Of a stretch of DNA of 41,438 bases, positions 1-7,945 are shown in pieces. Position 1 is the first letter of the stretch. Each line of letters starts with the position of its first letter. The notes under the pieces were generated by a model, which was not told the origin of the DNA, searched no databases, and worked only from the letters and a program-made list of their open reading frames with translations. A program made the translations under genes and the position numbers. The stretch covers positions 1-41,438 of the forward strand of contig JAWOBC010000148.1 of assembly GCA_046498165.1 (NCBI GenBank), read 5' to 3'. This DNA is from Thermoplasmatota archaeon (lineage in GTDB: Archaea > Thermoplasmatota > E2 > DHVEG-1).

Positions 1-5
1 AAGGT

Positions 6-305
6 GTTGGGTGTAGGCCGTAAGCCTCCTTCTGTTTTAAACGGCATTCTACTTAGCGCCTTACCTGTGAGCAGTCTGAACAACTGATCCCACGATTTAG
101 GCTTGCTCCAAGGGCAGATTGGCCGTTTCATCAAATCCCATAAAGACCTCAACAACAGACTTGTATCATCGCATTATTCATGGGCTGTGTCGTTTCTGCT
201 CCTCTGCAGAGACTCTCGCCTCTCCTACGTGAATAGGTCCTCGGTTCAGAGTGAGGGAGGACTTTCCTCAGCATAAAAGCCGTGAGCCGTCCACCTACTC
301 CCAAC
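6..305 (-). ncRNA. rnpB: RNase P RNA (archaeal type A-like)
   Basis: This is a GC-rich island in AT-rich DNA. The minus strand reads GAGGAAAGUCC (CR-I, reverse complement of 259-269) and ACAGAAGGAGGCUUAC (CR-IV/V, reverse complement of 20-35). The P4 strands AAGUCCUCC and GGAGGCUU are complementary with the usual bulge. Terminal P1 pairs GUUGGGAGUAGG (294-305) with CCUACACCCAAC (6-17). The length of about 300 nt is typical. Confidence 0.85.
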
Positions 306-325
306 AATTCCTAACATAGTGTCCT

Positions 326-340
326 TTAATTTTATATTTT
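326..340 (-). promoter_or_regulatory. Candidate TATA box for the RNase P RNA gene
   Basis: The minus strand reads AAAATATAAAATTAA, centred about 27 nt upstream of the inferred 5' end (~305). This matches archaeal TATA spacing. Confidence 0.35.
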
Positions 341-411
341 TTGCCCTTGATTGATAAGTATGGGATGGCAAGCTTTTTGAAATCGTGATGTTATTGCCCC
401 TGTGATAACTT

Positions 412-1728
412 ATGAAGATTGATCCTTGGAGTTCATCAACCTATCAAGATTATGCTCGACTTCGAGATGAATTTGGTATTGAAGCCTTTTCTAAAAATCA
501 ATGGAAAAAACTCGATCATCCTCATCACTTATTACGTCGTGGAGTAGTGTTTGGTCATCGTGGTTTTCATCGTGTTCTTGAGGCTATTATGCAAAACAAG
601 TCTTGGGCGATTTTAACTGGATTGATGCCTTCTGGAAAAATGCATCTTGGCCACAAGATGGTTATCGATGAGGTCATTTATTATCAAAGTATTGGTGCAG
701 ATATTTTTATCGCTGTTGCTGATATTGAATCATATGGGACCAGAGGTTTTAGTTTAAAGGAGACAAAGGATCTTGCTATTAATGAATACATTAAGAATTA
801 TATCGCACTTGGTTTAAAACCGGAGAATTGTCATATTTATTTTCAATCAAAGAATCAGGATGTGAAAGATTTAGCGTTTCTTCTGGGAAAAAAGGTGAAT
901 TGGTCGCAGATGACTGCTACCTATGGTTTTTCTGGTGAAACCAATATGACTCACGTGTTCTCGCCATTGATTCAAACAGGTGATATTCTTCACGTGCAAT
1001 TAGAAAAATATGGTGGTATTAGACCAGTGTTAGTCCCGGTTGGTGTCGATCAGGATCCTCATATCCGGCTGAGTAGAGATATCGCTCAATCCCATCGATT
1101 ATATAATGTGATGGAAACAAAAGATGGAAAAATTGGGGTGTTTATCAAATCCGATAACGAAGTTGAAGCACTTTTAGATAATGCTGAACAGGTAGTTCAG
1201 AACCTTGGTTTTACTGATCGTAAAAGAATCACTGATTACAAAGCATTATATCTTCATGATGCAACAGAGCAGGATATCTCTCGGATTGACAGTGCATTAG
1301 CAGTAACTGAACCAGGTTTTGATGGCTATGGATTTATTCCTCCATCTGCAACGTTTCATCGGTTTATGACTGGTCTAACTGGTGAAAAAATGTCTTCTTC
1401 CAAACCAGAAAGTGCTATTTTTTTAACGGATACTGTTGATGAAGCAAGAAAAAAGATTATGCATGCAAAAACAGGTGGAGCTGTCACCCTTGCTCAGCAA
1501 AAAGAAGAAGGTGGTAATCCAGATGATTGTATGATTTATGAATTGTTTTTATATCATTTAATCAAAAATGATGAAGAGTTGCAAGAAATCTATTCTACCT
1601 GTCGGAATGGTGAACGGATGTGTGGGCAGTGTAAAAAGCAAGCTGCAGAAAAAATGGGTCTGTTTTTAGAAGATATGCAGCAGAAACGAAAAGATGCAGA
1701 TTCAATCATCGAGGAATATCTCTGTTAA
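412..1728 (+). CDS. trpS: Tryptophan--tRNA ligase (archaeal/eukaryotic type) with an internal insertion and a C-terminal Cys cluster
   Basis: It has a HIGH-like motif (GKMHLGHKM), the DQDPHIRLSRD segment, a KMSKS-like GEKMSSSKP, and a C-x23-C-x6-C-x2-C cluster near the C-terminus. Confidence 0.93.
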   Translation: MKIDPWSSSTYQDYARLRDEFGIEAFSKNQWKKLDHPHHLLRRGVVFGHRGFHRVLEAIMQNKSWAILTGLMPSGKMHLGHKMVIDEVIYYQSIGADIFIAVADIESYGTRGFSLKETKDLAINEYIKNYIALGLKPENCHIYFQSKNQDVKDLAFLLGKKVNWSQMTATYGFSGETNMTHVFSPLIQTGDILHVQLEKYGGIRPVLVPVGVDQDPHIRLSRDIAQSHRLYNVMETKDGKIGVFIKSDNEVEALLDNAEQVVQNLGFTDRKRITDYKALYLHDATEQDISRIDSALAVTEPGFDGYGFIPPSATFHRFMTGLTGEKMSSSKPESAIFLTDTVDEARKKIMHAKTGGAVTLAQQKEEGGNPDDCMIYELFLYHLIKNDEELQEIYSTCRNGERMCGQCKKQAAEKMGLFLEDMQQKRKDADSIIEEYLC

Positions 1729-2237
1729 TATGAGGTATATAATCCATCTTCTTGCGCTCTTTTTTTGAGGTTTTTATCGATTCTTTGCTGTTTAGTGGAG
1801 AGTTCTTTTCTAAGATCGTGAAATGTTTTATCTGAAGCTGATGCGTGACCACGAAGAGGCATGGTCAGTCCCATGTTTTTTCCTTGTATTGCAGCATCAA
1901 TGATTTCATGGGGGTGCTTTCCTTTTTGGATATGATGTGCAATTTTTTTGATATCTCCTTGGATGATGCCGAAATCGTTTGCATAGGAGGAAATTGTATT
2001 TGAGATATGTTCATCAACATGGCGTTGGATTTTTCCTCCTACTCCTTTTCGTTCAAAAGGATTTTTTTGATATTCTTTTAGAAGGTAGAGTCCCACGTCT
2101 GGATGAAAAAGATAGTAATCATTTGAAAGAAGTTGTCTGTCCTTTCCAAAGACGGCTTTCCAATCCTTTGGATATTTTTTTGCGTCTTTGATGATATCAG
2201 TAAGAATGTTGTTGCGTGATTTTACTGGTTCGGTCAT
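1725..2237 (-). CDS. Hypothetical protein (170 aa)
   Basis: This is a long ORF with host-like composition. It is convergent with trpS and the two stop codons overlap (TTAA). I recognise no family motif. Confidence 0.6.
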   Translation of the reverse strand: MTEPVKSRNNILTDIIKDAKKYPKDWKAVFGKDRQLLSNDYYLFHPDVGLYLLKEYQKNPFERKGVGGKIQRHVDEHISNTISSYANDFGIIQGDIKKIAHHIQKGKHPHEIIDAAIQGKNMGLTMPLRGHASASDKTFHDLRKELSTKQQRIDKNLKKRAQEDGLYTSY

Positions 2238-2672
2238 ATCTAATCTAGAAATAAATTATGATTATATAAATGATGGTGGAAAAAAGAATGTTTTTGAAAG
2301 GTTAAAGAAAAAAATTATATGTTAACCCAGGTGATGGTGATTTGATCTGGAGCTGTTTTTTTGTATTTCCGTTTCTTTTTTGATGATATTGATTGCGTCA
2401 TCTGTTTTTATGCCCCTTGTCTTATTTTTGATGCTAATACACGGGCTCGGTTTCCAACCACAAATGATTTGGTTATCGCTTCGATTTCTTTTGCTTCTTC
2501 CGGGTTTGATATTTGGCCGACGATCATCATTTTTTATCAGTCCTCACACTCCTTATTTTGTGGTTTAGCTTATTAAGTAGTTATGGTACATTTCTACCCA
2601 GCCTTCTTTACAGCTCTGTCCTTTTTGCAACTTTTGTCATAAAAAAAAGAGATGAAGTGGGTAACCCTTGCT

Positions 2673-3533
2673 TTAGGTGGGTGGTGTTTGTTTTGGTTTG
2701 AATCCATAACTGAATCGGCCATTACTGTTTTGCACCATGACCCTTCCCTGTTGTTTTTGGGCAAGCAGTCGTGCTTTTTTGATAGCCATTTGTTTTGTTT
2801 TATGATTACTAATGGTTTTTTGTTTTGTTCTTACCGTCCAGGGTCCCTGCCGAGGTTGATGACTGGCGTTATTGACGACATAGATTACTCGTGTTTTCAC
2901 TGGTATTTTTGGTTTTTGATTTGATTGAGTTGGTTCTTTCTTTTTTAGATATGGCATCTGTGATCGTGGGTTTTCCTTTACGATATATTTTTCTGGAAGA
3001 TCAGTTGGATGACCACTTTTTGGATGATGTTTACTGAAGAAATAGATGGGGAGCTGTAGTCCGCTTTTCAGCTGTACCATACGAGTGTAAAGGATGTATT
3101 TTCCGTATTGGTAGATTTTTCTGAAAAAACATTGAGCTTCCTCAGTGGTGAAATAAAAAATCATCATCGTATAAACTACAAGCAAAATGAGATGAACAAT
3201 GATGTTGTTTGCAACGATTAGACCCCAAAGTGCCCAAAGTGATGCCCAGATAAGGTAGAAAATGGTGAATTTTCTTGCCCATTTTGCTTTTTGTATCATC
3301 CCAATGTACAGAAAGATGAGGGCGACAAGAATAATGCCGTGAATCAGAAGTAATCCTAGTATCATGATTCCTCCACCGAGACTGTAACCGTAGTGGACAA
3401 AAAGCCCGTTGATAAAGAAATCAATGAAGAAATAGTAGAGTTGTATGATGAAGAGGAATATGAATATGAGATATGTTTTCTCGGAAAGATTTATGTTATT
3501 CAAATAATCGCCTCCTGAATTGTAATATGGCAA
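2673..3533 (-). CDS. Polytopic membrane protein with a basic C-terminal DUF2188-like segment
   Basis: The N-terminal ~130 aa contain 4-5 hydrophobic helices. The C-terminus (GPWTVRTKQKTISNHKTKQMAIKKARLLAQKQQGRVMVQNSNGRF) resembles the DUF2188 pattern W-V...t-k-eAi..Ar..A......v.i....G. The start overlaps the upstream gene's 3' end by 38 nt, so a later ATG is possible. Confidence 0.6.
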   Translation of the reverse strand: MPYYNSGGDYLNNINLSEKTYLIFIFLFIIQLYYFFIDFFINGLFVHYGYSLGGGIMILGLLLIHGIILVALIFLYIGMIQKAKWARKFTIFYLIWASLWALWGLIVANNIIVHLILLVVYTMMIFYFTTEEAQCFFRKIYQYGKYILYTRMVQLKSGLQLPIYFFSKHHPKSGHPTDLPEKYIVKENPRSQMPYLKKKEPTQSNQKPKIPVKTRVIYVVNNASHQPRQGPWTVRTKQKTISNHKTKQMAIKKARLLAQKQQGRVMVQNSNGRFSYGFKPKQTPPT

Positions 3534-5214
3534 CTCCTGCTAGAAGAAGAGATGAAAGTCCTCCTGAGACTATCCAAAATGTCATGTCTTCTTGTTCATC
3601 TTTATTTAGCGGTTGCGTTTTTTCAGCGGTGATAAACACGGTAACGGTATCATTTGATGTAGCACCATCTTCATCAGTTACCGTAAGAGTGACCAGATAA
3701 GTTCCTGTTGAATCATAGCGGTGTTCAACGGTTTCACCACTGTCGGTGTATCCGTCCCCGAAATCCCATTCAAAGGAAACAATGGTTCCATCTTCATCAT
3801 AGCTGTCTGCAGCTGAAAACATTACACTTTTTCCTTTTTCCTGGTTGTATGGACCACCTGCATTTGCATGAGGAACTCTATTTTCGGTTGGTTCATTGAA
3901 ATCATCATTTTCTGAATCTGAATAGGTGTTGCTAAGCCGTGTGAGCAGTTGGATGAAAAGAAGAGCGGAAAGAAGGATAAGATATGGATGATCACGAACC
4001 CATTGATAGAACGATTCAAATCCAGTTGGTTCTTTTGATGGAAGAAGTGATGGGAGCTGTTGTGTCTTTTCATAGACATATTTGATGATAGAAATGGTTG
4101 CCAGTGTTTTGAGAACTGCTCGGTTTTGAAAGAGTGATAATCGCTGGTCTTTGTTATTTAATGACCATTCACCATTTGATAACATGATTAAGTTATAGAT
4201 GAATTTATGGTTTTTTTGTAGTCTTTTACTTATTAATGGATGATTGTTAAGAAATTGATAGAGATTAAAATCATTTTTATTGTTTTGCAGGATTTTTTCA
4301 AGTAATTGAGCTAGCACATCATTGTCTTGTTGATTGTCAAATTGATTGGATTTCAAAACAAATTTAAGCAAGCTGAGAAGAAGTAATGATGGTGAGTTTT
4401 GCTGACCATCTCCTGAGAATAAATCTTTGTTTTGGTTTCCTTTTAAAAGAGAAAGGGTTTGTAACATGAGAATGGGGTGTAATCGCCATTTAAATACTGT
4501 TTGCTCAATGGTGATGTCATGGTTTGATGTATCATAAATGATAGCTTTGATCTGGTGAGAAAACGATCCAAATTTCCAGTTATAGCTATATGGTTCATCA
4601 AAATCAATGTGTTTCCGTTGACCGTCGATATATATTTCCACTCGTTGCACCTCTACATCATCACTTGCTTCAATGGTGATATTGCAGGGTCCAAGCACAA
4701 GCGTTGTTCCATTGGTTGAAAACAATTCTTTGTTTCGGAAATAAAAGGATCCTTGTTTTGGCGTGAGGAAAAACGCTTCGGGTGGTTGGTCATCTGAGAC
4801 AATGACTTGCGTAGTATCGGTGCCACAGTTGTCATCTCCATCTTTGACGGTCAGGGTAAGAGTGTAAGTTCCTGGGGTTGTGTAACGGTGGCTTGCTGTT
4901 TGACCTGTTTCTACTTCTCCATCTCCACAAAACCATTCGTATGATATGATGGTTCCATTAGGATGATAACTAGCTGATCCATCGAATTGAATAGGGGTGT
5001 GTACAACGCCATAATATGGTCCACCAGCATCAGCAATTGGGCCTGTTGATGCGAGATATTGTTCTGGTTGTGAGGTTATGTTTTCCTCTTGATTTTGTTC
5101 AGCTGTAACAGCAGCTATCCAAGTGGTAAGAATAAGAAGGACAGTGATGAGTATGCTTATTATTTTTGTATGCATATGAATCACATTTTTTTGATTGGCT
5201 GGTTCTAATAACAT
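3496..5214 (-). CDS. Secreted or membrane-anchored protein with two PKD domains and one Ig-like domain
   Basis: There are two PKD repeats (GGPYYG...FDGSASYHPNGTIISYEWFCGDG...YTLTLTVKDGDDN and GGPYNQ...FSAADSYDEDGTIVSFEWDFGDG...YLVTLTVTDEDG). A Big_7-like segment is also present (VQRVEIYIDGQ...PYSYNW). It has an N-terminal signal-like helix and a C-terminal TM helix followed by RRR. The likely true start is the ATG at 5175 (MHTKIISILI...). Confidence 0.85.
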   Translation of the reverse strand: MLLEPANQKNVIHMHTKIISILITVLLILTTWIAAVTAEQNQEENITSQPEQYLASTGPIADAGGPYYGVVHTPIQFDGSASYHPNGTIISYEWFCGDGEVETGQTASHRYTTPGTYTLTLTVKDGDDNCGTDTTQVIVSDDQPPEAFFLTPKQGSFYFRNKELFSTNGTTLVLGPCNITIEASDDVEVQRVEIYIDGQRKHIDFDEPYSYNWKFGSFSHQIKAIIYDTSNHDITIEQTVFKWRLHPILMLQTLSLLKGNQNKDLFSGDGQQNSPSLLLLSLLKFVLKSNQFDNQQDNDVLAQLLEKILQNNKNDFNLYQFLNNHPLISKRLQKNHKFIYNLIMLSNGEWSLNNKDQRLSLFQNRAVLKTLATISIIKYVYEKTQQLPSLLPSKEPTGFESFYQWVRDHPYLILLSALLFIQLLTRLSNTYSDSENDDFNEPTENRVPHANAGGPYNQEKGKSVMFSAADSYDEDGTIVSFEWDFGDGYTDSGETVEHRYDSTGTYLVTLTVTDEDGATSNDTVTVFITAEKTQPLNKDEQEDMTFWIVSGGLSSLLLAGVAILQFRRRLFE

Positions 5215-5375
5215 TAATATAATTATATTTCATAGTTTATATATATTTCTAAACGATTCTTATCGATTACATATGTTAAAAATAATTTGTATCCTAAATT
5301 ACTATCTAATAGGAAAAGATATACTTAGAAAATAAAGAATCTATAGAGAATTCTTCTCTAAAAACACGTGATCCT

Positions 5376-6611
5376 TTAGGAGTCTGAAAATATTTTATCA
5401 ATCAACCAACGTGCATCAAAGGGAATTTGATCCTCATATTTTTGACCAACACCAATAAATAACAGGGGTTTTCCAATAGTATAGGCAACGGAGAGAGCAC
5501 TTCCACCTTTTGCATCAGTATCAACCTTGGTGAGAATCACACCGTCTATACCAACAATTTCATTGAATCGTTTGGCTTGTTCAACCGCATCATTGCCAGC
5601 AAGTGCATCGCCTACAAAAAGAATAAGAGATGGTTGAGCCACTCGTTTGATTTTATCCATCTCATCCATAAGATTAACATTGGTTTGCATCCTTCCTGCA
5701 GTATCAAGTAAGACCACATCTTTGTGTTTTGCTTTGGCATGTTCAATGGCATCATAGGCAACGGCAGCAGGATCTGCCCCTGGTCCATGTTTAATGATTT
5801 TAACCCCAACTTTATCGGCATGAATCTCCAATTGCTCAATAGCTCCTGCTCGAAAAGTATCCCCTGCAGCCATCACTGAGGAAAATCCTTGTTTTTTCAA
5901 CGAGGTCGCCATTTTAGCAATTGAAGTGGTTTTTCCACTACCATTTACTCCCACAAACATGATAACCACTGGTTTTTCTTCTTTTTCAATAAATTCCTGA
6001 AAATCGAGTTTGTTTGATTCAAGAACGTGTTCAATGGCATGACGAAGCACTGATTCAATGGTCTCATCAATTTTTCCTCGTTGAAGTGGCGTATGTTTTA
6101 ACTCTTCTTTGATATCATTTTTGATAGATTCTATAACGGAATAGGCGACATCAGATTCCAACAAGCCAATCTCCAGTTCCCACAATAAATCATCAAGTTT
6201 TTCTTCACTAATTAGTTTTGTAGCTCTCTGATCTTTATCCAGTTTTTTACTGATACTTTTCCGTGTTTTAAGAGTATGATTTAGTTCTGATTCAATGCTT
6301 TCCTCAATTTGTTTATCGACTTGTTGTTGTCTTTTTTTTCGTGCTTCGACTCGACGTTTTCTCCGTTGTTCTCGGTCTTCTTTTCTTGATGGAATTTTTT
6401 CAGGAGTTTTTGTTTTTTTGGTCTTTTCTGATGGGCTCGGCTGAGGTGTTGTTTTTCTAGATTCTTCAAGAATCTTTTCCGGTGTTTTCTCGGTGTATTG
6501 GGTGGGTTGATGTATGCGGTCCTTTTTTTGTTCTTTTTGTAATTCTTGATCCAATTCGGCTTCCAGTTTATCTTCGAATTTTTTTAATTTCTTTTTAAGG
6601 AATTTAAACAT
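5376..6611 (-). CDS. ftsY: Signal recognition particle receptor FtsY
   Basis: A charged K/E-rich A-domain is followed by an NG domain with GVNGSGKTT, DTAGR and TKVDTDAKGG motifs. Confidence 0.95.
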   Translation of the reverse strand: MFKFLKKKLKKFEDKLEAELDQELQKEQKKDRIHQPTQYTEKTPEKILEESRKTTPQPSPSEKTKKTKTPEKIPSRKEDREQRRKRRVEARKKRQQQVDKQIEESIESELNHTLKTRKSISKKLDKDQRATKLISEEKLDDLLWELEIGLLESDVAYSVIESIKNDIKEELKHTPLQRGKIDETIESVLRHAIEHVLESNKLDFQEFIEKEEKPVVIMFVGVNGSGKTTSIAKMATSLKKQGFSSVMAAGDTFRAGAIEQLEIHADKVGVKIIKHGPGADPAAVAYDAIEHAKAKHKDVVLLDTAGRMQTNVNLMDEMDKIKRVAQPSLILFVGDALAGNDAVEQAKRFNEIVGIDGVILTKVDTDAKGGSALSVAYTIGKPLLFIGVGQKYEDQIPFDARWLIDKIFSDS

Positions 6612-6661
6612 AAGGCAAACCTAAATAGTGTTTTTTGATAAAAGGAGGTGATTACCTGCAT

Positions 6662-7078
6662 CTATTGTCTATTTGAAAGGAGTTGCTGTGCTTTGGTTGA
6701 TACTTCTTCAAGTTGTTGTTGAATGTTTTTTGACATTTTTGAAAGAGTTTCTTGATTTTTCTGTAATTCTTCAATACGACGGTCTAGAATCTTTATTGCT
6801 TCTTCCGGGTTTTTTTCTAACACAATGCCAGCGCCAACTTCAGTAAGTATTTTTTTTGTGTCTTTTGCCTTTGCAAAAGAAAATGTTCCTCCTCCTATTG
6901 GAACCAGTATATCTGCCCCCTCTTCAGCTTCACCAATTTTTTCAATGGTTATTTTTGCTTTATTGAAATCCATGACTGCTGCTTGAAGATAGGAAAATTG
7001 CTGATCAATTGATTGTAATTGTTCTTTGTAATATTCAACAAGAGTCGCATATCTTTGAAATTCTTCTTCCTGTGTCAT
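6662..7078 (-). CDS. pfdA: Prefoldin subunit alpha
   Basis: The 138-aa protein has a coiled-coil, beta-hairpin, coiled-coil layout (...ILVPIGGGTFSFAKAKD...). It sits next to ftsY, as in many archaea. Confidence 0.85.
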   Translation of the reverse strand: MTQEEEFQRYATLVEYYKEQLQSIDQQFSYLQAAVMDFNKAKITIEKIGEAEEGADILVPIGGGTFSFAKAKDTKKILTEVGAGIVLEKNPEEAIKILDRRIEELQKNQETLSKMSKNIQQQLEEVSTKAQQLLSNRQ

Positions 7079-7218
7079 AACGCCACCGTTCCTTTATAAT
7101 TAGTGGACTATAATCGGAAGGGGGTATTAATGTATTTTCTTTTCTAACTTCAGATGTGAAAAGACAACGGTAAAAAAACGAAAAACATTTTAATATCCCT
7201 TATACTATTAATATTTAC

Positions 7219-7920
7219 ATGGTGGAAAAAAAGAAGCAGAAGACTATCTATTTACTTTGTTTTCTGATCATCTGTTGTTTTTTGCTTCCACATTTTTTTC
7301 AACTGGTATCCTCTCAAAAAAGCGAAATCCTTGATTCTGAAACCATTCTAGTAACTGGATTTGAACCCTGGGCGTCTCATGAAGTAAATCCTTCTGAACT
7401 CATCGCTAATCAACTTAACGGCAGCATGATAAATGAAAAAATCGTATATGGAGCAGTATTACCGGTTGATTTTGATGTTGCATTACAGAAGTTAAAAAAG
7501 TTGATATATGAAAAACAGCCTGTATTGATCATCTGTCTTGGTTTAGCTCCAGGGACCTCAGTTATTAAGGTTGAATCAATTGGTTTTAATTTGTTCTATG
7601 ATCCATACATGGAAAATGTTTTCCAAGCAATTAGAAGAGTAAACAGCTCAGGACCGCCTCTTTTATTATCCAATATTAAGATAACTGAATCGGTTGATAG
7701 ATTAAAGGAAGCAAATTTTTCTTCTGAACAAAGCTATTTTGCTGGTTTTTATCTTTGTAACGCGGTTCTTTATGAGTCGATTCATATTATTCATCATCAA
7801 ACAGATGCTGCCAAGGTTGGTTTTGTTCATCTCCCACAGATCAATGATGATGAAAACAATTGGCAGCTCACTGAATTAATAGAAGCGATAACACTCATAA
7901 TCAAAGAAAACATTCAATGA
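7219..7920 (+). CDS. pcp: Pyroglutamyl-peptidase I (C15) with an N-terminal signal/anchor
   Basis: It has VTGFEPW, the Glu in IKVESIGFN, the Cys in AGFYLCNAVLY and the His in GFVHLP, which is the Glu-Cys-His triad pattern. The N-terminus (KKKQKTIYLLCFLIICCFLLPHFF) is hydrophobic. Confidence 0.8.
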   Translation: MVEKKKQKTIYLLCFLIICCFLLPHFFQLVSSQKSEILDSETILVTGFEPWASHEVNPSELIANQLNGSMINEKIVYGAVLPVDFDVALQKLKKLIYEKQPVLIICLGLAPGTSVIKVESIGFNLFYDPYMENVFQAIRRVNSSGPPLLLSNIKITESVDRLKEANFSSEQSYFAGFYLCNAVLYESIHIIHHQTDAAKVGFVHLPQINDDENNWQLTELIEAITLIIKENIQ

Positions 7921-7945
7921 TAATCAATATCATTTATGATATAAA

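Noticed and set aside
1087-1338. An intein or mobile insertion as the explanation for the TrpRS insert.
   Set aside because: There is no Cys/Ser/Thr at the upstream junction, no His-Asn plus Cys/Ser/Thr at the downstream junction, and no endonuclease motifs. The insert is too short and has host-like composition.
2361-2924. Four overlapping plus-strand track ORFs (62-90 aa) rich in F/L/C.
   Set aside because: Their composition is typical of translated T-rich non-coding or antisense DNA. They overlap each other and the minus-strand membrane-protein gene, and show no motif or start context.
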